Shown: positions 1 to 28,400 of the stretch, piece by piece | Numbering within the stretch: position 1 is the first letter of the stretch | How the letters are laid out: each line of letters begins with the position of its first letter | NCBI GenBank assembly: GCA_964035545.1 | Contig: OZ037772.1 | Location: forward strand, 11,158,818-11,222,817 | Source: Bugula neritina | Taxonomy: Eukaryota; Animalia; Bryozoa | DNA: 64,000 nt | Reading direction: 5' to 3' | Notes under the pieces: generated by a model | What the model was told of the DNA's origin: nothing | Databases searched by the model: none | The model's input: only the letters and a program-made list of their open reading frames with translations | Program-made: the position numbers and the translations under genes

Positions 1-3000
1 ATTTATGTAACATGTAAGTACAAGTAGGCTATAAGTAACCTGCAAGTATGAGAACACAGGCTATCTCTGTTTGAATTGTCCTAGCTTTATCCTTAGTAGT
101 TGTGACAGTTGTCATTGGCCGATACTGTGACACTCTTGTGCAAGTGCCTGTGCTAACTGAAGATATTTTCCTCTGACAGTCTATACTCTATGCTCTTTCA
201 CACATTCTATGATATATAATCATACTCTATACTCCACATTAAGGTGCAGTATTGGAGAAATTTTAATAACCCAAGTTCTTCAATTTGCTTAATGCATTTT
301 GATTCGAAATTCCCGAGAGAAAATAACTTCTTTTGCTGCAGGCTTTTCTCAGTTTCTCCATTACTGCACCTACTCTCTTCTCTATACCACACTGTTTGTG
401 GTCTTCAAACTGTTGGTAGGCTCTGCTGTTATTCTCACTGAATGGTCTTTTGTGAACTCTTACTGTACACTACTAAACAATGTAGTACAGTATACCGTAT
501 ACTATACAGTATATTATTCTATATACTAGACTGTATAGTATACAGTATTTTATATGCTATACAGTGTTCAGTGTACCATGCTGTGTAGTATACAGTGTAC
601 TGTATGGCTTATGTTTTGCTATACTGTATACTAACTAGTATATAGTTTACTATATTATACTGTATACAGTGACCTAGACTATACTATATACTGTGTACAG
701 TGACCTAGACTATACTATATACTGTGTACAGTGATCTAGACTATACAATGACTGAGAACAACATGTACATTATGATGGACTGAATGCCACAGCTGATGTT
801 TTCCTGTCTGACTGAATTACAACACATGTTTATATTGTAATCTGATTTGATTACATCTCATCTTCTGATACTCTATTACTATCAACTCAGCAAGTGCCCT
901 GGCCTCTCATCACTGCCAATTTCTTATGTAGAGTCGTACTACAATATACTACACAATGCAACAGTAGTGTATATAGTTGTAGTACAGTATAGTGGTACAG
1001 CTACACAGTAGTGTATACAATTATACAGTGCAACAGTTACAGAGTGCTATATATACAGTTTTACACTAGTGTATACTGTTGTACAATGCTATATACACTA
1101 TACAGTTATACAGTACTGTTTGCACTTATACAGGACACTTTACAATGTGTCACTACCATAGACGCTACAGTATATCACACTACAGTAGAGATTAAACCAA
1201 CAGCAAATCCAAGTACCGAAATGACTGCCTAAGATACATCGTGTTATCAGTGGATGTGTATTATTGTGCGATGCTCTTCCTTTAACATATTGACTTACAA
1301 ATAAACTATTAAATAGCAATTATTGTCACGTTGATGACGTGCTAAGGACTCAAGCTCCTAATGGTGTATTGTATAGTCGGTGTCTTATTTATACGTGCTG
1401 TAACACTCCCTACTGCTATATTACACTACCCAGCTCTGGTTACTTTCACACGCAACCCTGCCCAGGGCTACTCCGGGTGCTGTGTCAACTTGTGTGTATG
1501 TATAAGTAGACATACAAGGGTGTCCCCAATCTGCAGGGTACTGAAAGCTGCTGTTTTTTAGTTGAATGAAACTCCAGCAAGTTCCATAACTAAAAATAAA
1601 TGTGGTTAATTTTCAATTTAAGTTTTTCTCTGATACTGGAAAGACAATTTGAAGTTCCAAATCGAAATATTTTGCTATGCTGGTGCTAAATAATAATCAT
1701 TACAGCTTGTATTCATGTTGATTGATTTCTAGGAATTACGCTTATGTTGCCCAATCAAATCAGTTGTCAGGAAATTTGTGAGACAAACAGATAGCAGCTC
1801 CTTTTAGTTTGCAATAAAAATATTTATTTTGTTTTATGACTAACAGATCCTGTATGAGCAGATCAAGTTGCAATTGTTGCAAGTTGTTAATGTATTGTTC
1901 CAGCATAAAGCTGTGAACATTCAAGGTTCAAGTCTCAAAGTGAGAATAGGGGAGGGGGGGTGTAACTTAAAGCACTAAGGCTTTTGCTGTAACTTGTAGA
2001 CTGGGTTCCAACAGTGTGTAGTTATACCATGGATCTGTATGCTAACTTATCTTGTGGCAATCAATGAATCACTTTTTGCAATACTTTTTGATACTTCAAC
2101 TGTATAAGTACATCATTACACTGCAGGGTTTTAGTTGAGGTTGTGACCAGTAAACATTATCTAATATTTAAAATCCATTTACGTCTTGTGTGACTTGACT
2201 TTTGTTACTTAAAACGTGTGACTTGAGCTTGTGACGTTAAGTAGCAACATCTTGTTGTTCATATTGATTACAGCAGAGGGTTAGATAGTAGATCCTGGTT
2301 ATAGGATGTGGTAAGGTTTTCCAATTATGAAATTCCAACTATATTTTGCCTGGACCAGACTTTGAATTTTGCTGATAACCTTTGTCCTGGCCGACTTAGT
2401 AAAATACACATTCATACATGTCTCTTAGTGACCGTCTAACTAGCTAGTTGTAGCGATGGTGAGTCATCTGTATAATAGTATGACTCAGCTAGACCCAATT
2501 AGTTCAGTTAATAGCAAAGTACTGAAACGATACAGTGAGGTGGTGATTAGGTCATTCAGTCACAATAGCTTGTACAATCATTCAACAATAACAGCCCATG
2601 CCCTCCTCAGAGAGAGACTCTAATTGTTATGTGTTAGTATAAACAGCGTCATTTATACTGCAGATGAATAGGGGGCATTTATATACTAGTCGTGTTTTAC
2701 TCCCTCGTGCTTTTGTTACTGTGACTGACCAATACCCAGTTGCAGCTCATGTAATTCTTTCATACCCCGAACACTAGTTATATCTGCAACCAGCTTACCA
2801 CTAAGTGTTTAGTAATCTACAAATTGCCTGAAATCTGTTCACATGGTTATGTAATTAACTTATGCAGTTACCCAGTCAATAGTTCAATACTTCCTGAAGG
2901 CATATTATGATTGGCACTGGTACTGGTAGATGGTAGCAGTGGTGTTGATGTAGCAATGCTTATGACATTTTGGTTTAGTAAGAGAGCAATTTCGTTAGCC

Positions 3001-3484
3001 CAAATTCTTTCAATCTATATAAGATGGAGTTGCACCCTCAATTACCACCCGATTGGTAGCAGTTGGGTAGTTCATGTGGCTCAATATGGAGGAAGTTCCG
3101 CTAGCAGTAAAATACTTCCCATTTTTAGTAGTTCAGTGAAACTAGTAACTGCTACAGTTTTTGCTGCTGATAATTACTGGCAATTTTTGACTAATAGCAA
3201 CTAGTAACTAGCAACCACTTGTAACTATCAACTAGTAACCATCTGTAGCTAGCAATTGGCAACAAACTGTAACTAGCAACTGGTGGCCAACTGCAACTGG
3301 CAACCAACTGCAACTGACAAACAACTATAACTAGTAACCACCTGTAACTAGCAATTAGTAATTAACTGTATCTAGCAACTGGCAATCAACTGTATCTAGC
3401 AACTGGCAATCAACTGTATCTAGCAACTGGCAAATAGCACCAAACTGTGACTAGTAACTATCAAGTATGCTGCTTTGGTTTCAG

Positions 3485-17495
<14,011 letters not shown>

Positions 17496-19426
17496 ACAAT
17501 ATGCCATAGAAACTGATGAACATAGGTGCTCAAGTGTCGCAGCTATCAAACTCTGTGATTGGCTGAACATTTGTAAATTATGCTGTTATTGGTCGAATGA
17601 ACATCTGTGAAACTAGTTATTGGATAGACGTTATCCAACCTTATTCCTATTGGACGAATGAACACATTGTAACCAATTGTTGATATGCTAGGTTTAGATT
17701 ATTCAATTTCAATCAATAGCTTTTATTTTATATTTTATTGCATGAAATAATTTTACATTTTTATAATGACCGTCGCTAGAGCACTGTTGGCTGAGTATAT
17801 AGGTCAATGTCACGCGCACTGCTTGTTGCATGCAGTTTAGTGTATGCACTATTCACTATATAATTTCATAGCCTAAGTACCACGGTTGGCACCCCCTTCC
17901 TCTGTTCATGTATATATTGCTATGCTAATATCTCTTGTCTATTTATTCCCAACTGAATTTGACTGAATTGTACTGTACAGACTCTTCAATTTTATACTTT
18001 GAGTTTATACAATAAAGATACGTTTATTATTTTATCATGTTTCAAGGTTGATGACTCATATTTTGTGGACTTATGGTAGTATAGTAGATAATACATATTG
18101 TTTTCGATGATGTACGCTGTTGATGGTATTGCAAATTGTTGTGGTTAATGTATATTGTTGCAGTTAATGTACACTGTTGATACTACTTATTGTGAATGCT
18201 GTATACTGTAGTTGAGAGCAGATGTAATGGTGGTGGGTTGTAACCTTTGAAAGAGAGAAAGGATGCAAGTTTATGAAAGTGAGCTGATATTTGTTAGTTA
18301 ACCACGTTCAGATATGAAGCTGTAGTATGCAATACTTTTATTGGCAAACTAAAATCATGAAACACAATATGAAGAGTTTTAATATAAAAAAAATAATAAA
18401 TACATTCCTTTACGGTAGTAGCTGTAAAATAGAAAGAGAGCTGGACGGAAACATATGACTAGATAGAATAGACCCAAGTGTGTGCAGGTGTGTCAAAGTG
18501 TGTGCAGGTGTCAGATTCTAAGTAGTGCTAGGTCAGCACTGGAAACATCGGAACTTTCGACTGATAGTAATGTAGCATTGCAGTTATGTGCCGTTGTATT
18601 TTTGGTACAATTCACAGTGTTGACTCGACACCATAAATGCGTTGTGTACTTGGCGATTATGTGGAAAATCATCAAAAAACAGTAATCAACAGCAAACGCT
18701 GCGGAGACCTGAAAAGTTTTTCAACACTTATTCATGGAAAATTCCGGATTCCTGTGATTTGTGAATTGTGCTCCTGGTGAGTTCAATTAGGCATTGCTGA
18801 ATTATTTTGTAGTTGGATTTATTGCAGGCAAGTTTGGGACGAGGGAGACTTGACTCATATTTGTTTGTAGAACTGCAGCTATTTATTATTTGAGTGCCAG
18901 ATGTGTTGATGAGAGGAGGGCTTCCTACCAGACACGAGAGATACCATTAAAGAGGTAAAACTTCCAAACATCAAGAAGTTGTATCAGAGGGAGGGAGAGA
19001 GAGGGGGGGAGGAAGGAAGAGAGAGAGAGGTAGGGAGAATCAAAACACAGCTAGACAGTCAACTGGGTAGTCGTAGAGTCCTAAATTTAAACCCGTATAA
19101 GTCAAATTTTTGTATGATTTACAGAAAGTTAATAAGGGAAGGGAAACAAAGCAACACTACGGCTTGGTAAAACATGGCAAGCATGGACATCACATGCATA
19201 TACTACAGGTATATATAAATACACAATGTACTAGTTGTGTTGTTACTAGGATACTAGCTCGCTATAGTCTAGTATAGTTTCTGTTCTATGCATATATTCA
19301 GTCTATTTATCTGTTATAATCACACAGCTTTATCCAGTTTTACATCTACTATAGAATAATATACTGTTTATGTTCTATAGCCTATATTCCATCAGCTGCT
19401 CAGCTGTAAAAAACGTCTGGAAGCTC

Positions 19427-22400
19427 CTAGCAGCCAGCCTTAAGCTTGTCTTCCCGGAGCCTCATTTCACACCTACAAGGGTTAGCAACTCTTACCATAA
19501 TAATAACCAGAAAATATGCAGAACTGTAAGTAAAATGTGACTATCATGGCTTTGCTGATTGTACGCTTGAGATCTGTGCGAGTTTTGTATATGTAAGAAA
19601 AACACATATATATGGTGTCATCAATATATATATGATGTAATAAAATATGCACAATTATATAATAAAAATATACATACACAATATTGCAATAGAATATACT
19701 TATTAGCATTGAATATATCACATATGATATGACTAACCGTTTCACTTGTTTCTGAGCTTCTCTCAATTTCTTATATTCTGCTTTCAGCCACTTTTCTGGA
19801 GAACTCAGCAATCTATAAACCAAGTACGACTCTATACACTAGACAAAACTCACTCTGATACGAGAGTTAAGTATAACTCTATACAGTAGACAAGACTCAC
19901 TCTAATACGATAGCAAAGTGTGCGTGTGGAATAACAAGGGCACTTCTGGCTAACAGATTTATCCTTATGGAGTGAAAAGCCAACATATACCAACACATTT
20001 TACTACCTGGTGAAGTAGCTCACTACTTGTTCCAAGTTCAACATGAAGCTTGTGCAGGCTAAAGGAAAAACTTGACGAAAATCAGGTAAATATAATAGTT
20101 TTGCTTTTTTATGATAGATTCAACAAAGAAATTGATGCCAGTGTTTAGCCATCCTAATTAATAAGTCGCTAGACAAAAAATTGCTGCCTGTCTCGCTCCA
20201 CACACATTGAATACATATCCTATAACTTGACATACCCTCCAGTAAATACTTCTCTACCAATCTCCTGTTGACACGTTTCAACAGGTTGTCTAGTCGGGGG
20301 AAGTAGTGACCTACAAAACGAATATTTTACAGCCAATAGAAAAGTTCCACGATTCATAACAAAGCTGTGACTAGTATTATACTGACTTTCAGGATCTCTA
20401 TACAGAAATTAGTTCATTGTACCATGCACAGTGTACCATGGTGGGGTTGTTTTCTTTGAGAAATGAAGTCAAAGTCAAACAGATTAAAAAAAACAGCTTA
20501 GAAAATAACCTGTCCAGAGTAGATTTTCTCACATCAACCCCTAACTCTAGAACTTTGTCATGGACATCATTCAGTTCTTCAATCTCATTTGGGTCTTTTC
20601 TCTGGAATGACAGAGTATATTGTAATACTATGATATTATGTCTTTATGATATAACAGAATCGGAATATATGTACAGCAATGCTATTTGATAATGATATCA
20701 CAACATGGTACTGAGATAGTCTGCTATATTCTTCTAGGTGGCTGAATATCTATATACCTGAGCTTATAACAAAGGAAGCTGAATAGCCATAAAAGATTCA
20801 CCTGGTAAACAAATCAGGTCTGCAGTAATAACTGACTGAACACAAAAATCTTTTCTCTCAAATAACATAAAGCAAATTATAAGTTTTACCCACTTTAATA
20901 TGTTGAATGGTGTTTGACACTAGTGTACGAGATGTTTGATGCTTTACTCCTCGTCTCACAGGTGCTGATTTAACTCTGCCTGAATTATTGCGACCATTCT
21001 GAAAATTATGCAAATTTGAGTAAATCCATCAACTTCTCTAAACCTTTGGTTTAAGAACCATAAAACATGGGCTCTGTATAGAACTAGTCAAGTCAATTCC
21101 CTGAGACACTTCATTTATACAGCATTAAATTATTCACATAGTATATCTTAGCTGTCATCTACAGACTGATTGAAGGTTGTATTCCAAACAGTTTTGTTTT
21201 ATATAATACGTTTTATGCTTATGTTGATGAATCTTCATTCTTTATTTTACTTACACTACCAATATGGTTATGATAGTGTCACAAGTTTCATCAAGACTTC
21301 TAAGCAATTTAATTTATTAAAGATAAATTTTATGACATTTAATTTAATTCAAATTTCATAAATAAATTTTATAAAATATTAAATATTTTTCAGTTAACTG
21401 AGCGCCGCACAACCCTATCACTTTCAACCTGTCTGAGAAGTTGTCACCTCAGTATGCTGGACTGATCTGAAAGACTTTGAATCAGCACTGGCTGGTCTGC
21501 GTCGAGTGCTATTAGAAGTTGCTCTCTCTTGATCATTAGTTGGCAATGTGGAAGTCAAGCTAATGTCCTCATCCATTAAACCCTAAAACAATACACAGCA
21601 ATACAAGGCATGAAGATATTCTACAAGAAGGTAACAAAAGTTAATTCAATTGACAATCTTGCTGTGAAAAATTCCAAGACACTTTTATACCAAATCTTAA
21701 GGTGGCATTGGCATTAGTGTGTAATGAGAGGGAATTTCCAGGTAGCCTTAGTACAACGTTGGTAGAGAGAATATAGGAAGGACAACTCTTCTACATTGCT
21801 ATGATTCAGTATTTTGTGATTGGTTGCTAAGTATAAAAACAGAGTCTTGAGTGGTACCATGTGAATCGTAATTCTCTAAAAGCAACAGATTTGTAAAAGA
21901 GCGAAAATTAATACTAATTACACATTAATGCCCAGGCCTACCATCACAGTTTTCATTTCGCCATTCACTTTCACTCTGTCGTGTGGCGTTTCCTGCTTCC
22001 TGTCTGAGGAATGGTGAAGCTCTCCATTCTGGTAGCGGTTGTTACTCACACGAGACTTTTGGAAAGTATCACTTGGAGAGGATTCAACGACTGTGTTAGA
22101 AATCTTTCTTTCTAGAGATTGTTCCCGATTTAACTTCCTCCCAGCCCCTACGGTTACTTCATTTCTCCTTGTTAATGGAGTTTCCACTTGTTTTGGTGGC
22201 ATAGTTTCTGCTCTCCTACTTGTAGCAGACGAGGGCCGAGATTTCGGGTTCTTTGCTCTTGTTTTCAGCTGACTCGCGATGTGTTCCGGTACTTTGTAGG
22301 TGGGTATGGGAGGGCGGGAACAGCTTATAGATGTCATTTCCTTCTCTCCCACAACTTCCTCTCCACCTGAAGTTATTTTAACAAAATGCGTTTAGCAACA

Positions 22401-25400
22401 TTAGAAACTACAACTACCCCTGCCTTACTCTATCACTGCTGCCTTGCTCTATCACTGCTGCCTTACCCCTGCTTACCCCTATTATTCCAATTCAGCAAAA
22501 GTAGAACAATAGTTTGAGTAAAAAGTATTAAAAACTTAATATTAGAATAGCACGTATAAATATTATAAAATTGTTGAACCCAAAATGATTAGTAAGTTAT
22601 AAGAAATTATTGATGTGGAATTTCAAAATATTTTGTAGAAAAATACTATTAACATTTTAGTATTTTTGAAGATTTCAATAATTGGCATTTTCTCTCAACC
22701 ACAATGCTATTAAGAATTGATTCAATAATATAGGTAAAGCTAATGGAACACATGTGTGCTGGCATAGGTCCATACTGGAACATTTTATAATGCATCTATG
22801 ACTAATTTAACAGTCAAATTCCCAATTGTAATATTTAAAATCGGCTTTTGTCATAAAAATTTCAAAAGTCCTACTTTTCCTCCAATCAATAGTTGCAAAT
22901 ATTGTAAAGGTATTTTTCTATGTGTACACAACACACAAAGACTATGCAAGGATCAGTAGGAATCTTACCTTCTGCAAAGGTCAAGGTCGTGATGGTTTTC
23001 TTGGGAAGTGCAGCTCTCTTCCTGTTAATATCTACTGGCTCTTGGAAACTAACATGTCTGTAATATTTCATGTGAAGATGGTAATCAGACTGAAACATAA
23101 TCTGATTGACACATAATTAGACTGACATATAATCTAACTAATATATATAATTTGACTGACACATAAACTGACTGACATATAATTTGACTGATACATAATC
23201 TGACTGACATAAAATGAATGCAAGATAATCTGACTATATAATATTACATGCTATTTAGGAATACAACAGTAAGCAAGGTATACCATTTACAGACCATTAT
23301 AAAGTCCTTTAGAATAGATAGATGTGTATGAATAATATGTAACAGAGATTAACCTAGATATATTAATTTCAATATAATATTTACATAACCACTATATTAA
23401 TCTAACCTGGCAGCTTTAGAGCTCAACTGGCGAGGGGCACCTGATGTTCCATGACACATGTCATCTGATTTTCCACCTCTTGACTGGTCACTGCCAACTA
23501 TATAAACCGAAATATTCAAGTAATCGACAGTTTTTAAAAGAAAGAATGTACTTCTGTCAAGGTATTTCACAATCTAAACTTTTCATCTTCTTAGACAGCT
23601 TGAGTTTTATTAGGCATAAAAATGCGCATTAGAAAAACAAACTTTACATTTTATGAATCGTTGTTGGACATGTAAGGTTGAACTATATCTTTTTCGAGCA
23701 GTTTGAATTCTCATATTGCATTTTATTTTTTAACAAGTTTCGTTTCATACACTGTGAGTAAGTCTTAAACTTCCTGTTGACATAAAAAATGCTAGGTAGC
23801 AGTTCCTAGGTGACAGTTGCTATATGCCAGTTGCTAGGTGACAGTTGCTATGTGCCAATTGCTAGGTGACAGTTGCTGAGTAATAGTTGCTAGGTGACAG
23901 TTGCTATGTGCTAGTTGCTAGGTGACAGTTGCTATGTGACAGTTGCTAAGTAATGGTTGTTAGACAAACTACCTGCATTCACACAAAGCTGTTCACTGAA
24001 TTGTTTCTCGTCTGCATTCTCACATTTTGACTTTGGTTTGCCAGGAGACTTTCTACGAACTCCAGAATCAACTCTGCTGCCTACTTTAGATACGTTGACT
24101 TTGCCGACCGTTGGTGCTTTAGTCGCCTTTTTGAAGCTGCAATATTTCACACACTAGCTTTACTTTTGTTTTATAAAAAAAATGACATTTAGGAGCCCTA
24201 CTATTACCTGGGTACAACAGCTTACCACACATCAGTTTATTATTATCTAGGCACTACAGCTTATTACACATAGGTTCACTATTATTTGGGTACAGTAGTT
24301 AACCAGACACAAGTTTACTGTTACCAGGGCACAAAAGTTTATTACACATAAGTTTAATATTACATTATTTAATTATTATTAATTATTATAATATTATTGC
24401 ATATTTTAGTTTACTATTACCTGGGTTCCACAGCGCGCCACACATGGCTGTTACTTCTACTCTTCAGACCAAATTTCTTAGCCTGAGATTCTATGTTGAA
24501 GTCTCGAGGGGGCGCAGCAAACACTTCCTTTCTTTCACTGTTTTTCACAGTTTCCGTGGCCTGAGCTGGAGATGTACTGCTTCCTTGAAGCTCACAGAAT
24601 GCTGGTATAGTGAATTCTGCAAAAGGTTCATTCACTATAATATGTACCTGGTGGTAACTCTGTTGACCATGTGACAAGCAGACGTGGCCAATCAGTAAGC
24701 ACACAGGTCATATCTTAGCAGACGTGACCAATCAGCAAGTATACAGACCACATTTAATTTTGACAGAGAGCTAATGTTAAAATTAGGTTGCATCGGCTAC
24801 TTGGTAAAATAAGAACAATTAATGTGTATTAGTCTTTCTCACTATGATAATTCCTAGTCCCAGAGTCTCTGCTAGCCACTAGACTTTGCTAAGCATGTTC
24901 TACTAGATAATAGTCACCTGTAGCCTCCACCTCAGCCTGCAGTCTGGCTATAGTCTGCTGGGACTCAGCTATCTGCAGCGCCAGTTCCATCTCCAGCTGT
25001 TCCACATTCTCATCTATCTCATTGTTCATTGCGTCGTAATCCTTCCTTGTGTTCACTAGCGGCACCTGAATATCTCCCATCTGCAACGTATGCAGTATTT
25101 TCTCACTCATTCCATGTAACATTGATGGTGTGTTTCTTGTCCCTGGACAGCTTTTTGAATTATTCAGTGATACATTAAAATGTTGTCTTTAGTTGTGGAG
25201 AGTGCACCACAGAGAATCACAGACTAATAAGTAGAATAAGACAACTCCTTATCTCTAGTCAGCAAACCATCTGATTATCATCTCAACAGCGCTGACTCTA
25301 TACTGAGCTATTAGTATACTTTGTATAAGATAGATCTACTATGGTTTGGTAAAGCTCCAGGTTACTCTGGGGCCCACCTAAGTTGTATTCTGTGATGAAC

Positions 25401-28400
25401 TAGTGAACCAGACATCTCTTTTAGTAAAGAATAAAAAATGTGATCATGTTTAAAAATGTTCTAAATGCTTAAATCTAAACACTCAGTCAACAATACCGGG
25501 TTTCTTTGTTGATTAAAACTATTGTAGCGGCTTATATTAAAGTGAATATAGTATGAAAAACCCACCTGTTTAGACGTGTCTATATTGATATTCCACCTAT
25601 AGAGCAGTTCTTCAACACTATCTGTGGTGGCCATTTCTTGTTTCCTGTTTGTCTCTTCGGTGCTCATCACTGCATTATTTATCATGTCATAACTTGAAAC
25701 TTTACTAACCGCCTGACTATCACCTGTCACTTCAGCAACCACCTGACTATCGCCTGTCACTTTAGCAACCACCTGACTATCGCCTGTCACTTCAGCAACC
25801 ATCTGACTATCGCCTGTCACTTCAGCAACAACCTGACTATCACCTGCCACTTTAGTGTCAACCTGGCTATCACATGTGACTTCAGCAACCACCTGACTAG
25901 CACCTGCCAATCCATTAAAAACCTGACCCTCACTTGTCACTTCAGCAAGCACCTGACCCTCACTTGTCACTTCAGCAAGCACCTGACTATCACAGTTGAT
26001 GTCACTAGTTGTCACGCTGTCAATAGAATCCTTTCTTGGAATGGTCCAGCAGTCAACTGATTTTGTTATCCCACGGGCATCACTAATATTTCTACAAAAG
26101 TGACAAGCTAAAACTGTAGAGCCCATCAGCCAACTATTTGCTGTCAGAAACATCGTTTTTAGCATGTTACCCAGTTACAATAACAAACACAAACATTCTA
26201 CCTCTGTGGTCTACGTGACAAAAGATCTGTTAATTCTGTTTCAAGTTCTACTTTTTTCCAATCTGGAGTTTTACTGTCAGACTTTATGGTAGAGCTGCGG
26301 GCTGACAGACGATTTTCTATTTGTTCATCTTCACTGAAAGTAGGAATAGCGACATAGTTGTACATATCATATCACCATGCATTCAATATATTATATATGT
26401 ATATAATTGTAGCAGCATTTCTTGTATGTAATAAAGTTTATCAGCTAGTTTGGATAATGATTGGCTAAGCAAGTTTTATTGACTATTCAAACCTGTATAT
26501 TGAAAACTAAACGCTGAGATGCATAACTAGTCACTAGAGTTCATAAATTTCACTCGGACCATTATCTATCAATTTTTAAGAAACTAACATTTAAATATCT
26601 GTATAATGTTATAATGCTACTAAATATAACTAATATTGTAGAAACCTTTCTTAAAATAAACCAGTTAAGTATCTCAATTTCTACTCAGTTTATTTACTTG
26701 AGTACACCTCACCTGAGTACACACTCATCTCACCTGAGTACACACTCATCTCACCTGAGTACACCCTCATCTCACCTGAGTAAATACTCACCTGAGCATA
26801 TTCTGCACTGCTGATACTTTTGCAGGTGATATCACGATGTCTGCCAGGTGTGCTTTGAGTTCCTCTGTAGCCGTGACCTTACCGGCAGCGAGGTCAATGT
26901 GTAGGTCATCGAGTAACCTGAGCAAACAAACTGGCTAGTTAAAGAAGCTGTCGTTATGTTACAGTACATTGGAAAGTGTACTAGAGGTACATCTGGTTCA
27001 ACTCAAATAGTTGGGAAGATAAATGTAAGCCTCCAACTATTCTGACATACTCAAGTACTCTAAAAGACTTAAACAGTCTGACATATTCAAATACATTAGC
27101 AAATCCAAGTTACAATTCAATAGCTTACAGTATGAGGTAAAATAGTTGATGAATAATTTTGAACAATATACTGAATACTTGAAGCTATGCAATATATATG
27201 CATTCTACTATACCACAACTTAGTCCTCAAGAATGACATGGCTATCAAGTAATGATTTAGTCTTCAAGCACTGACTTGATTATTAAGTAGTGACTTGGTT
27301 ATTAAGTACTAACTTGGTTATTAAGTACTAACTTGATTATTAAGTACTAACTTGGTTATTAAGTACTGACTTGGTTATTAAGTAGTGACTTGGTTATTAA
27401 GTAGTGACTTGGTTATTAAGTATTGACTTGGTTATTAAGTACTAACTTGGTTACCAGGTGCTGACTTGGTTATTAAGTAGTGACTTGGTTATTAAGTACT
27501 GACTTGGTTATTAAGTACTGACTTGGTTATTAAGTACTAACTTGGTTATTAAGTACTGACTTGGTTATTAAACACTGACTTGGTTATTAAGTACTAACTT
27601 GGTTATTAAGTACAAACTTGGTTATTAAGTACTAACTTGGTTATTAAGTACTAACTTGGTTATTAAGTACTAACTTGGTTATTAAGTAGTGACTTGATTA
27701 TTAAGTAGTGACTTGGTTATTAAGTACTAACTTGGTTATTAAGTACTAACTTGATTATTAAGTACTAACTTGGTTATTAAGTACTGACTTGGTTATTAAG
27801 TAGTGACTTGGTTATTAAGTAGTGACTTGGTTATTAAGTACTAACTTGGTTATTAAGTACTGACTTGGTTATCAAGTACTGACTTGGTTATTAAGTAGTG
27901 ACTTGGTTATCAAGTACTGACTTGGTTATTAAGTACTGACTTGGTTATTAAGTACTGACTTGGTTATTAAGTACTGACTTGGTTATTAAGTACTAACTTG
28001 GTTATTAAGTACTAACTTGGTTATTAAGTACTAACTTGGTTATTAAGTACTGACTTGGTTACCAGGTGCTGACTTATACCTCAAAGTTGGAATTTCCTCG
28101 TCTTCATCCGCTGAATCATAGGCATCTGGAAGAGCTAGAGACAGCATGTGTTTTGGTGTGATGACATCACGGATCACATGATCTGGTGAGTCACTGGTTA
28201 GATGTCCGCTGTAATATGATTGGTTGGTCAATTTTGTAGTGGACTGTGATTGGTTCATGTCGTGTAACACAGAACTCTCATTGTTGATAGGTTGATCATC
28301 ACGGATGAAACTCTGCTCTGAAGGCACTGGGGAGTTGTGGTGTCTTGGAAGATCATGTGACTGTCTCACAGCTACCAAAAATTACTCAGTTATCAGTTAT

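Noticed and set aside
1-3484. Short ORFs and a possible PKN first exon
   Set aside because: Low-complexity intron-like DNA. ATG|GTGAGT at 2456 is plausible but unsupported, so it is not called as a feature.
20007-20058. Candidate 52-nt exon of the minus-strand gene
   Set aside because: Inclusion shifts the frame and truncates the C-terminus, while skipping gives a continuous frame. It could at most be a minor alternative exon.
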